DNA of 62,575 nucleotides, counting the filler, from Stramenopiles sp. TOSAG23-2 (lineage: Eukaryota), in assembly GCA_900128395.1 (NCBI GenBank). It is 9 parts of 9 records of this genome, joined end to end, with 100 filler letters (N's around TTAATTAATTAA, not from the genome) between each part and the next. Parts side by side here need not be neighbours in the genome. Positions count along the whole stretch, not along the records: positions 1 to 6,878 come from LT650389.1; positions 6,979 to 13,854 come from LT650390.1; 7 more parts are not named here. One strand, written 5' to 3'. The notes beneath the pieces were generated by a model. It did not search any database, was not told where the DNA came from, and saw nothing but the letters and a program-made list of their open reading frames with translations. A program made the translations under genes and the position numbers. Below are positions 1 through 11,425 of this stretch, piece after piece. Within the stretch, counting starts at the first letter, position 1. Every line of letters begins with the position of its first letter.

Positions 1-23
1 TGTTTTGTATTTCTTGACGCCAT
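1..23 (-). CDS. 5' end (MASRNTK...) of a further F-box-like/ankyrin paralog, truncated by the window/contig edge
   Basis: 1-117 matches the start-codon and upstream segments of the 589-1392 gene (1370-1449, 1467-1582); start CAT at 21-23. Confidence 0.55.
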
Positions 24-466
24 CTTGTATATATATATATATATATATCTTGTGTGTTATCTATACAGTTCAACATTATTCTATTTCATATATATTTCTT
101 AGTTCAAATTCAAAGGAACGACTAGAAATACAACATGGAAGAGAGACACGAAAAGGCATTAATTAGAAAAAAAGCTTTTGTTGAATGTGTAAAGAAAAGT
201 AAACATATTATTTGTGTTTTGTTTTAATTTATCTTTTAGTGTTTTCAACATTTTGGTAACACCACGCATGCGCCGTATCTCATATACTTTCACAACTCAC
301 CACACCTTGCTCCCCGTTTGCTCCATCTCATTTCCTCACATCTATTTGTATTTGGAATTTATATTTGATTGTTGACACGGATGATTCGATAGACGACATC
401 TCTCGCTATGCAAACAATTCTTTCATTCTTGACGTCTTCCTATGACGTCTTCCTCTGAGTGTGTTG

Positions 467-579
467 TTAATGATTTAAATCACCATTACCTGCTCCTACA
501 TCTCTGCCATTTTCATCATGACAATTTGCTTTTCCACCTTTTAAACGTAAAAGTGCAATGATCTCTTGGCGAATTGGAC
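467..579 (-). pseudogene. Orphan 3' fragment of an ankyrin paralog (PIRQEIIALLRLKGGKANCHDENGRDVGAGNGDLNH*)
   Basis: Diverged tandem copy of the last ~37 codons of the 589-1392 gene, immediately downstream of its stop. Confidence 0.75.
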
Positions 580-588
580 ATTATATTG

Positions 589-1392
589 TTAATGATTTAA
601 ATCACCATTACCATCTCCTACTCTTCTACCATTTGCATCATGGCAATTTGCTTTTCCACCTTTTGAACGTATAAGCGCAATGATCTCTTGTTGAATTGGA
701 CTATCATTAAGACGATATGCATAGTCCAGGGGAGTGGATCCCCCCCTGGACTTCTTATTAATATTATCAAGAGTCATATGAGTTAGTAACAATTGAATCA
801 ACTCAGTAGTCGTTCTGTTACAATATACTGCCCAATTTAATGCATTCCATCCACCACTATCTGCAATAGTAGGATCAGCTTCACCTTGTTCAATCAAATA
901 TTTAACTAGTTGGAAATGTTCGCCGTATGCAGCTACCATTAAAGGTGTCATGTTATCACCATCACTATCTTGACCGAGTTGATTCACCATCTCGTTCAAC
1001 GTCATATTACCTTCTTTCACACCGTTCATTTCAATATATTTATGAAAACGATGTAAATTTACAAATAATAACACATCATTCATACGTCCTTCTTCACATG
1101 CACATACTAATGCCGACCTCCCTTCAAACTCGTTTCCGTACCTTCGATATAGCTCAAACAACTGTTTTGGTTTACTTATCGCTTCACTTACACACTCATT
1201 AAAACTTGCATGTCCTAAATTTTTCACTAAACAAGACTCACTCATTTTTAATATAGCTTTAACATTTAAAAATTTTAAAATATTTTTAAACAAACCTGGT
1301 ATACCACATACATCGTATATGTTTTTAATTTCATCATCATCATCGTCCTTGACCTTCACCTCTTTCCGTTGTTTTGTATTTCTTGACGCCAT
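589..1392 (-). CDS. Ankyrin-repeat protein with N-terminal F-box-like segment (paralog A)
   Basis: ANK motifs TPLMVAAYGEHFQLVKYLIEQGEADP, NALNWAV, GSTPLDYA; N-terminal IPGLFKNILKFLNVKAILKMSESC resembles the F-box pattern. Confidence 0.85.
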   Translation of the reverse strand: MASRNTKQRKEVKVKDDDDDEIKNIYDVCGIPGLFKNILKFLNVKAILKMSESCLVKNLGHASFNECVSEAISKPKQLFELYRRYGNEFEGRSALVCACEEGRMNDVLLFVNLHRFHKYIEMNGVKEGNMTLNEMVNQLGQDSDGDNMTPLMVAAYGEHFQLVKYLIEQGEADPTIADSGGWNALNWAVYCNRTTTELIQLLLTHMTLDNINKKSRGGSTPLDYAYRLNDSPIQQEIIALIRSKGGKANCHDANGRRVGDGNGDLNH

Positions 1393-1909
1393 CTTGTATA
1401 TATATATATATATATTGTGTTATCTATATAATTCAACATTATTCTATTACCTTCACCTCTTTCCGTTGTTTTGTATTTCTTGACGCCATCTTGTATATAT
1501 ATATCTATATATATATATCTTGTGTGTTATCTATATAGTTCAACATTATTCTATTTCATATATATTTCTTAGTTCAAATTCAATTGATAAAACCCTCGAC
1601 TGGCCGGAGAGGAAAAGCGAAAGGAACGACAAGAGGGAAAACATTTGGAAAGGCGAAAGGCTTTGGTTAAAAGTAAATACTTCTCGTTTTAATTTCTGTT
1701 TTAGGTCTCAAATGCGTCATATATATATTATATTCACCACTCCCGCACATACCTCTCACTCCCACACACCTTTCACTCCCCGTTTGCTCCATCTCCGATT
1801 GACAACAATGAATTGAACTGTTTGATTAGATGGACGACATCTCTCTCTCTATGCAAACAACTCTTTCATTCTTGACGTCTTCCTATGACGTCTTCCTCTG
1901 ATTGTATTG

Positions 1910-2662
1910 TTAATCATTTAAATCACCATTACCATCTCCTACATTTCTACCATTTGCATCATGATAATTTGCTTTTCCACCTTTTGAACGTATAAGCGCA
2001 ATGATCTCTTGGCGAATTGGACTATTATTATAATATGCCCAGTCCAGGGGAGTGTCCCCGAACCTGGTCTTCTTATTAATGCTATCGAGAGACATATGAG
2101 TTAACAACAATTGAATCAACTCAGTATTCGTTGTTCTGTTATTATATGCTGCATAATGTAATGCATTATATCCATTACTATTACCAATATTAGGATCAGC
2201 TTCACCTTGTTCAATCAAATATTTAACTAGTTGGAAATGTTCGCCGTATGCAGCTATCATAAAAGGTGTCCAATCACCACCAAGACTACTCCTACCGACT
2301 TGATTCACCATCTCGTTCAACGTCATATTACCTTCTTTCACACCGTTCATTTCAATATATTTATGAAAACGATGTAAATTTACAAATAATAACACATCAT
2401 TCATACGTCCATGTTCACATGCACATACTAATGCCGACCTCCCTTCAAACTCGTTTTCATATCTTTGATATAGCTCAAACAACTGCCTTGGTCCACTTAT
2501 CGCTTCACTTACACACTCATTAAAACTTGCATGTCCTAAATTTTTCACTAAACAAGACTCACTCATTTTTAATATAGCTTTAACATTTAAAAATTTTAAA
2601 ATATTTTTAAACAAACCTGGTATACCACATACATCGTATATGTTTTTAATTTCATCATCGTC
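1910..2662 (-). CDS. Ankyrin-repeat protein with F-box-like segment (paralog B), 5' end in N gap
   Basis: Near-identical to paralog A over the N-terminal half; frame stays open (DDDEIKNIYDVCG) up to the gap at 2663. Confidence 0.85.
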   Translation of the reverse strand, partial: DDDEIKNIYDVCGIPGLFKNILKFLNVKAILKMSESCLVKNLGHASFNECVSEAISGPRQLFELYQRYENEFEGRSALVCACEHGRMNDVLLFVNLHRFHKYIEMNGVKEGNMTLNEMVNQVGRSSLGGDWTPFMIAAYGEHFQLVKYLIEQGEADPNIGNSNGYNALHYAAYNNRTTNTELIQLLLTHMSLDSINKKTRFGDTPLDWAYYNNSPIRQEIIALIRSKGGKANYHDANGRNVGDGNGDLND

Positions 2663-3069
2663 NNNNNNNNNNNNNNNNNNNNNNNNNNNNNNNNNNNNNN
2701 NNTGTTATCTATATAGTTCAACATTATTCTATTTCATATATATTTCTTAGTTCAAATCAAATTCGGGAAGAGAGATGGGAAAAACAACACAAATATATTT
2801 CTAATACTATATTAGAGAGCCAGATGTCTCATCAGTATTTAGAAGTGTAGAGTGGTATTTTTTTAAATAATAAATTTGAAGGAGAGAAGAAATGAAATAT
2901 CTAATTTCAAATAATAGAATGCTTAATTTTTTACTCTCTCTCTGGGTATCTCTCCTCTGTCTCTCAATTTGCCCACACATTGAAAACATCCACACCAGAA
3001 ATACATCCGTCAAAAATATTACATCACACATGCACCGAAAAAAAATCAAGATTTGAGGATTATTATTAT

Positions 3070-3339
3070 TTACTTTCTATTTTCCAATACTGGAATACTA
3101 CCGATTCCACCTGATAATACAAATTTTGGTTCACTCTTATCCTCCTCTTTTTCGTAAGATCTCAACCAAAGACGATTATTATTTGATCTTCCATTGTACT
3201 GGGAGGTATCATATCCAGCACTTTCACGCATTGGTACTACTATTAAAGGCATTCCTATACCTAAAAGGCCAAGGGCCACACTAAAAACCACTACTGGTTC
3301 ACGATCTGTTAGTCGTGTTAAAAAACGGCGAAATGCCAT
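3070..3339 (-). CDS. Mitochondrial complex I accessory subunit NDUFA3/B9 (NI9M)-like
   Basis: 89 aa with a single TM; REPVVVFSVALGLLGIGMPLIVVPMR matches the EP-hydrophobic helix-P pattern of NDUFA3/NI9M. Confidence 0.65.
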   Translation of the reverse strand: MAFRRFLTRLTDREPVVVFSVALGLLGIGMPLIVVPMRESAGYDTSQYNGRSNNNRLWLRSYEKEEDKSEPKFVLSGGIGSIPVLENRK

Positions 3340-3738
3340 ATTTATTAATATAAAGTAGTACTTTAAATAGAAAGTGGTATTACAATATATATCAAAAATA
3401 AGTAATATAATATTATCTTTCTTGTTATATATATTAAATAATATATTTTACACTTATCGTAGTACCACACTTTCTATTCTGTTATTATTTATGTTTTATT
3501 TGTTTTTATTCATTTTATTCATATGATTTATTAAAAAATAACAACAATTTTGTGATTGTTGGAGCTTCGAGGAGGTGTAGTTGTAATGCTATTTGTATGC
3601 TATAATATTTGGATTAAAACACCATTTACGCCTTAATCAAATTTTTATGAACCAATATGGGTTTAGGTTGTTTTATTACTTTGTACTTATATTAAACCTG
3701 TTTTCATCACCGTTTTTCAACATAAAACAACACCAGGT

Positions 3739-3901
3739 TTTATCAACACCGTGGTAATTTTGCATATGATACCTCAAACCAGATGGGGTTCCATATGGTG
3801 GTTTGTGGTTTGTAGGGGCAGTGTGGGCATTTATACATCAGTTTTTCAACACTGTGATGATGTTTCATATGCATCCTCAAACCGTTTTGAGTTGTATAAG
3901 G
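3739..3901 (-). pseudogene. Frameshifted C2H2 zinc-finger gene remnant
   Basis: Manual translation: PYTTQNGLRMHMKHHHSVEKLMYKCPHCP, then after a frameshift KPPYGTPSGLRYHMQNYHGVDK (two fingers); no intact ORF. Confidence 0.6.
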
Positions 3902-5630
3902 AAACAATATTCATCAAAATTGATATCAATTGTTTTCTGTATAATATCCATTTTATGTAATTGCACCATCCTCATCTATCTCTTCCCCTTCATCGCTTTC
4001 GCAGTTTCAGGGATTTTTAACTTCAAATCTGCTCTTGCGATTCTTACTTCACTGTTGTAGTAATACATATTGCATGAAATTTTTCAAATGAATTATTCTT
4101 TATCACATATGAGATTGTCTACAACATGAATGCAATTGTTATTTGTATATCAGGGAAAAAACGTCATTAAATTGTTAATTGAGCAAGATGATATTAGCAG
4201 CAATATAAGTCCATTGTACATGCGTTTGAGTACGGGTAAATACGCCAAAGACGACGTTTGTGGTGCAAAATTGACATGCTGTGGACATCAGATTAAATTT
4301 GCATGCATGAATTGGGTGGGGGAAGGTCAAGGAAGATATCAAAATATATCTTATCACCTGTTGTTTTGGCGGCATATTAACATCAATAGTGCAAATGATA
4401 GGAGATTGCCTTTGGTTGTGAGAAACGGGATTAAGTATTATAAAGGATATTTAAAAAGAAGTAAAAGTTAGGTATACCTCCCCTTACACATTTGTGGATG
4501 TGACATCCAAATACTATAATTATCTTCTTTTCCTTCTGCTAGCAGGATGTGTGACATCCAAATACTACAATTATTGTCTTTTCCTTCTGTGTATCATCTC
4601 TTTCTCTCCATTTATACATTTTCTATACATCACCATCATCAAAGTCTAAATTATATATATAATTATATGTGTATTCTATCAATTACATCATATTTGATTG
4701 GTAGAACACATGTTAATAAAAGCTGGGAACAAAGGCTATAAACCTGGTTATCTTGGACCTGTAAAAAACGCCAGAGAAAGAAGGAGACAAAGAATACTAC
4801 AACAACAAATAAAATTATTATCAAAGAAATATATATATATACATCGACTATCACTAATTAAGTTCAGACGAATATATTTTCTAAATAAATTGTTATTAAC
4901 AAAAAATTATTTGAGCAATTTTAAACGAAAAGCGTTGAAGGAAGGTAAACTGTATAAAGAGCCAGGGGTTTATATTGTATGTGGTAATAAAAAAAGAGGT
5001 CCTTACTTAAAAAGTATATACAGATGAAGAATATGTTGTGTGAGATGTGCACTGGTGCACCTATTCATGATGATGTGTTCACCTTTTTTCATGTTCATAT
5101 GAGGGTCCATCACAATTATATTAATACAACATAAGAATAGCATTACAGCATTACGCCATTCTCCTATAATTATCCTATCAACATGGCTCATATTAGTATA
5201 CTACACGCGTACTTGATCTTCGAACCGCTCAATCTTTTTTTTACAACCAAGAAAAATGAATGAGAAGAAGTTGAACATTTTGATAGGTTATCTTACTTAC
5301 TAGAATACAAAAACAAAATCATTAAAATAATATTTATTGATCTATATATACATTGTCTGTATATATATATGTGAATTACATATATATATATATTACTGTT
5401 TATTTGTATTATATGTAGAAAAGAATAATACTAAGACATTATATATAGTCAAGGAAAAAATTATTGTAGAAAGAAGCGAAACTTTTTTTTTTTTAATTAT
5501 TTTTTTTTAATAATTATTATAGATATAATTTTAATATTTTTTTTAATTTTCTGTAAAAAGCATAAAAAAGCATCAATAATTTAAAAGATATATTATTTTA
5601 TACAAACAAAAACAAATTAATAACAATAAT

Positions 5631-6803
5631 ATGTCATTCAATCGAGCAACAGTGAAATGCCCACAACATTTAGATGGATGGGCATCTTCACCATACGTTA
5701 AAAATCAATTACAACAAGTTATCAATGCGTTTCAATTAAGTGAGGCAATATATGTTTCATTACGTAGTAATAATAATAATAGGTCAGAGTTCAAAGGATC
5801 GTTTTTATTTGAAGGTCCATCCGCTGCAAAAATTCGTGGTGCAAAAAATTTTATTTCTATGCATATGGAACAACAAATGGAATTGATGAGGCGTGAACGT
5901 GGTTTAAGAGAAGCACAAGCAGCACGAGATGCAACGTTAAAAGAGATTGAAGATGGTTTACGAGCGGAGTTTCAAGTACCACGAGATATGATTGGTCTAG
6001 TTATTGGTAAAGGTGGTGCAAATGTCAATAGTGTAAAGGAACAAACTGGTGTGGAACGTATTGTTGTAGATCCGGAAGAAGGTGTTGTTCGTGTAGTTGG
6101 CCATGCCAGGGAAGATGTTGAAAGGGCCAGGGAAATGTTGGAATATGCATTGGAAAAATTAACGTTGGAATCAGATGACGTAGGTGCCTTACTTGCACCT
6201 AGTCAAAGTGGACGTAGTGTCGTATTAAATGAAATACGAGACAAAGCAGGTTTAGTACGAGCACAATTGACGGAAGATCGTTCAACATTGGAGTTGATTG
6301 GAACAAGAGTTGCGGTTGAAAGTGCTATGTTGTTAGTAAAAACACGTTTGGAATATCGTAAAAAAATTAATGAAAAGCAAGAAGAAACAGATTCTCTTTA
6401 CAGAGAAGCAGCCGATATTGATTATTCATATGGTTATGAAAGTAATTTTAGGTATGAAGATAATTTTCCAGCAATTGGTGATAACAGCCGACGTAACAAT
6501 CGTGGCGGTGGTAGCCGAGGTGGCCGAGGAGGAGGCCGAGGAGGAGGGGGAGGAGGAAGAGGAAGAGGTGAAAGAGGCAATGATCGTCGTAATAACAACA
6601 ATAACGCTGATCGTCGCAACAACAACAACAATGATCGCCGAGGTGGAAGAGGAGAAAGAGGAGAAAGAAGCAATGATCGTCGTGGAGGTAATAACGATCG
6701 TCGTAATAATAACAACAAGGATCGTCGCAGCAATGGTGCAAGTAGAGGCGGTAGAAGAGAAGGTAATGATCGTCGTAATAATAACAATAACAACGATCGT
6801 CGC

Positions 6804-6842
<39 letters not shown>

Positions 6843-6878
6843 AATCGCCGTAACAATGATGGTAAAGAAGCAAGAAGA
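5631..6878 (+). CDS. FMR1/FXR-like RNA-binding protein (KH0-like, KH1, KH2, RGG/NDRR tail); 3' truncated at contig end
   Basis: FQVPRDMIGLVIGKGGANV...GVERIVVD...DVERAREMLEY and EIRDKAGLVRA...LIGTRVAVESAMLLVKTRLEY are colinear with FMRP KH1/KH2 as recalled; followed by RGG boxes. Confidence 0.8.
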
Positions 6879-6978
6879 NNNNNNNNNNNNNNNNNNNNNN
6901 NNNNNNNNNNNNNNNNNNNNNNTTAATTAATTAANNNNNNNNNNNNNNNNNNNNNNNNNNNNNNNNNNNNNNNNNNNN
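6879..6978. other. Artificial contig linker (N44-TTAATTAATTAA-N44); same linker at 13855-13954, 20826-20925, 27792-27891, 34755-34854, 41717-41816, 48672-48771, 55627-55726
   Basis: 100-nt spacers with six-frame stop cassette; contig lengths fall in order 6878, 6876, 6871, 6866, 6863, 6862, 6855, 6855, 6849. Confidence 0.97.
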
Positions 6979-8871
6979 TAGCATATAAATACAGGGTAAA
7001 AACGTGATTTTTAAAAACGAGTAGGTGTCAAAATATAGAACCCATCAAATAATTACTTGTAGAAGTTGCACCACATGCATAAATATTATTCTACAATATT
7101 TGAATCATGTATAATATAATAATAATAAATAAATAATAATATGTCAACAACAACATTATAAATTATAAATTACATACTTACACACATACATAAGTGCATA
7201 CATACATGTGTGCATGCAACATATTGTTTTGAGCCAACCACACCCCAATGCAATATGGATAATAATATGAATAGTGATAATAATATGAATAGTCCAATTA
7301 GAAAAAGTAGTAGAACTGAAGTAAATTCCAGGCATTACAAAAAAACAAAGTATACCAAGATGCTAGAGCGTATTAAAGAAGCACAATCAATAGCATTAGC
7401 TTTTGATGAATATAATCTGAAAGCACTAGTAGATATTAAAAATGAGGATTTTAAAGTAACATTACAAACATTTATCAAACACCATGGTTGGAAATGGACA
7501 ATCACATATTCTGCAAAAAATGCTTGTCAATGCAAAGATAAATCTTATCCAAATTGTAAGGGGAAGCTTTTATTTCATCATTATGAAGACAAAAAAATCT
7601 TAAAAAAATTTGTACCGTGTTTGCATGGTGTAACATTTCTGCGAAATTCCAGAAAAGTTTTATGTATGTCAAAACATATGCTACCATTTATTGATGTATT
7701 TTTAAAAGAAGATCCTACTTATGAAACACGGAAATTGGTAATAAGCTTACAAAACCATAAAGATGCAAGCAAATACTTTACCTCAAATATAGCTGAAGCA
7801 TACAAAGTTGTATATTATGCAAAGTATGAGTGGATGACACATAATATTGGAAACGCAGATTGGAAGATGTTCCATATATTGCCTTGGTTAAAGGAATACA
7901 TTGGTAGAGTAGATCCAGATGGCATATTTCATTATAATGTGTTGCCAAATAATACTTACGATCAAATGGTTTATGTACCAGGAAGGATGATTTGGGGGAA
8001 AAAATATTTATTAAATGTTAAAGGTATAGATGCAACTCATCTGAACGGTTTAGGTTTGAATCAGCCACTAGGGAAATTGTACACCTTTGTTGGACTTGAT
8101 GGAAATGCTGGAATACATGAAGCAGTTGGTCATGGTGGAAATGAGAGTACACCACAATGGTTATACTTCCTAAAGTTTTTTATTATGTCATTGTTTTGCC
8201 TTCATCTCTCTTTATATAATTTGGTTAGTTTTTTTGATTTATTTATATAGGTGTGTGTATGTAAAATGTATGTATGCATGTATGTATGTATATATGTATA
8301 TATGTATGTGTCTACTTACCTTTCTTACATTCCTTGAAAGCTTAAATGGTTTTTTTCTTTTATTTCTTTTAAACGGCATATTAATATTAGTATTAATAGT
8401 AGGAAAGTAAAATAATTATAATAAAAAAAATAATTATAGTAATTATTTTTATTATTAAATTATTTTTCTCTACTACAACCAAAATTAAAAAAATCTAACA
8501 AATGGGTTACTCCAAACTATACTTTACCTCTCTTTGTTTAAATTTTTATATTTTCATATCAAATATTGAATGATATCCTGGCATTTCTCAGATTTTACTC
8601 AAAACTTTTTGTATATGTATTATATATATTTATATATATCTGTGTTCATGTATTTTTCTATGTTTTTGGGTAAAGAACATGAACAGCTAAATTTCTCGGT
8701 GAAACTGTAATACCCTTACACAGCATTACACCTAAAATTATGTACATAGCATTACAGGAAAAGCATTACAGTAAAAGTGCATACACCAACTTTTGACACC
8801 TACTCGTTTTTAAAAATCACGTTTTTACCCTGTATTTATATGCTAATGTGTACACTTTTCACTACTACCCC
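6979..8871 (+). mobile_element. Mutator-like (MULE) DNA transposon, internally deleted, left end clipped by contig edge
   Basis: Perfect 55-bp inverted repeat 6979-7033 / 8791-8845; right arm probably continues to ...ACTACTACCCC at 8871; encloses a MULE transposase ORF. Confidence 0.85.
7210..8250 (+). CDS. Truncated MULE transposase (N-terminal zinc-binding region plus first part of the DDE domain)
   Basis: GIDATHL...GKLYTFVGLDGN...ESTPQWLYFL is the MULE motif around the first catalytic Asp; second Asp, CxxH and Glu regions absent. Confidence 0.75.
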   Translation: MHATYCFEPTTPQCNMDNNMNSDNNMNSPIRKSSRTEVNSRHYKKTKYTKMLERIKEAQSIALAFDEYNLKALVDIKNEDFKVTLQTFIKHHGWKWTITYSAKNACQCKDKSYPNCKGKLLFHHYEDKKILKKFVPCLHGVTFLRNSRKVLCMSKHMLPFIDVFLKEDPTYETRKLVISLQNHKDASKYFTSNIAEAYKVVYYAKYEWMTHNIGNADWKMFHILPWLKEYIGRVDPDGIFHYNVLPNNTYDQMVYVPGRMIWGKKYLLNVKGIDATHLNGLGLNQPLGKLYTFVGLDGNAGIHEAVGHGGNESTPQWLYFLKFFIMSLFCLHLSLYNLVSFFDLFI

Positions 8872-9554
8872 ACTATATTTTGTCAATATATTATACAATA
8901 TATTCTATTTTTAACTAAATAGTACTATAGATATACATTTATTGTCGTATACTTTAATCCACCTATATAAGATCAAACGGTATATTTTTACAGTTTATCT
9001 AAAAATTATTACATATACTATAGACTACTATAATTTATACTATTGAAGATATAGGCAAAATGTCTTACAAAATGCCCACTTTTAGAAAAAATTGTATAAT
9101 ATATATACGATTCTGTGATAATTTTATATATATGTGTACATGGGGGAGAGAAGGAAATTGGTGATTTTAATATGTAGTAAATTATACGCTATGCTGAGAG
9201 TATATATAGTGTGTTTTATTCGTAGGGGACGAGGAGAGAGAGAAGAGAAAAGGTAAAATATTTTTATTTTTTATTTTTAGAAAAAGCTATTCATATCTAT
9301 CATAGTTTTAATACATGTACTCAAAAGGTTCGTATACGAAATTTTAATTTTTTATACTTTTCATCACTCCACTGCTGCGCTATATTCGATTTAAGAATTC
9401 TCTATATGATGTATTTTTATAATCTAAAACATGTGTGTGTTATATATTGAAAACCTGTTAACCGCGCGCTATTTACTAAAATCTCAAAATAAAAAACCAT
9501 TTATTTACTCTTTGCGGTCACACACACACTAAATATAACTCCATCCCTCTCCTT

Positions 9555-10428
9555 TTACGCATTATAATGCATTTGTGCATTTAATTGTCTACGTTCTTTT
9601 TCTAATTGTAATTGTTCTTCTTCCCATGCTGTTTTTAACTGTTCCCATTCCACTGGTCTTGGTGGTTTTGCTAAATTTGATTTATCTTCCCCAGTAATTG
9701 GATCATATGTTATAAATGATGCACGTTCTTGCAATGCAATGGAACGTAATTTACTACGATAACGTACAAAATCATCTTCATTTCTTAATTTTAAACCTTC
9801 TAAACTTTCTTGATATTTTAATGTTAATGGATCATATGGTACAGATTGTTTATTACCTTTTGATTTAACACCTTCCGCACGTAAACGATTAATACGATCT
9901 TCTTCTTCACGGAAATCATTTTCAATTCCTGTGTGTGTGTGTATATATATATTTATGTATATTTATATAAATTGTTAGTATATTGTTTTGTTTTTTCATT
10001 TTGTGCGTGAATATATATATATATATATACATATTATTATTATATTACCTACCTTTCCATCTACTTTCTTCTTTTTTACTCATTTCTTCTTGTAATTTTA
10101 CAATATTTGCTTCTTTTCTAGTATACAAATATTCTCTACGTTGTTTTTCATGTGCAGCAAAATCAGTTTGAAACCTTTCACGTTCCGATATGAATCCAAC
10201 TGCATCTTTATCTGGTACAGTAATTTTACCTAAATCTTCATAATGAAAAAAACCTTGTCGACGTTTCATTAAACGTGATTTTTCTAATGTTTCTTTATCC
10301 ATCATATTTCTACGTTCTTCCCTAGTACGTGGTATGACATTACGAAATTCAACGTATTGGATATATCCATTATCATCGATGTATTCTGGTGATGAATGAT
10401 CAGCCATTGATTTACGTTGGTTGCTCAT
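9555..10428 (-). CDS. Two-exon hypothetical protein with YDPL/YDPITG motifs (exons 10428-10053 and 9928-9555; intron 10052-9929)
   Basis: GTAGGT donor and CACAG acceptor join ...SRWKG to IENDFREEEDRINRLR...VPYDPLTLKY...TYDPITGEDK...HYNA* in frame. Confidence 0.8.
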
Positions 10429-11425
10429 AGTATGTTTATGTTGTTGTTGTTGTTATTATTATTATGCAGTATAGAATAGAATAGTCAGGTTATGATTTGT
10501 AAAACGTTATTATATGTTTTAAATGGTTGACTATTCTGTGTTTATTCTTGTTTGTTGTTGTTGTTATATATATGAATGGAATATAAATAACAAATACACG
10601 CAAAGAGAGATATTGACAATATATATTTTGTAATTTGTTTACTTTTATCTATCTATCTATGTATTTATATTTATTATCTATAATAATATGAAATATATAT
10701 ATATATATCGTTAGTTTTACATCTATTTATTTATTATTACTATTTTTTATAATGGCTTACTATTGGAAAAGTAAAAACACTGTTGTCAATATATTGAAAA
10801 CACTGTTGTTGTTTTTTATTATTTGAAACGTTATTATTTTCTTCTTGCATTTTTATTCCTTACCATTTTTCCCTTTTATATTTATCTATTATTTACATTT
10901 TGGTATTTATTATTTATAATAATATATAAATAATATAGATATAAATGGTAATTAATATACTAAATAATGTATAATTCCATTTCATCATATATCATTATGA
11001 CACAATATATTTCATTCAAATGATTCATTTCAGATGGTAATAAGATAGTAATTACTAATTTTCTATTCCCATTTTATCCAATTTTTATGTTTGATATTTG
11101 TATATTTATTATTAAATATCCGATATATACTCTCTCACTTAAAAATAAATTCCCTCAAGCAAGAAGCAAGAAGAAGCTCCTCGCAAATAATTCATTCACA
11201 CAGAAAGACGTTAACAGTTTGGTCTCAGTATTAGCAGGTGCATACCATTATCAACTACTAATTGATGAAATATATATATCACATATGCTTCTATTATACA
11301 TTTATAGTCATCGAGATGGAAAGAGTCGTCATTGGGGAGTTTAGAATACAACAACGAATGAATCAAAATATTATATTCTACTTCATATAATATCAACAAT
11401 CTAAACAATATAACAATCCAATAAA

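Noticed and set aside
4698-5027. 109-aa basic ORF
   Set aside because: No recognisable motif, non-ATG start, lies in decayed sequence
6370-6930. Alternative-frame and antisense ORFs rich in poly-T/L/C
   Set aside because: Shadows of AAC/AAT and RGG repeats in the KH gene; the same applies to the many antisense ORFs inside the NEK, subtilase and 35822-40951 genes
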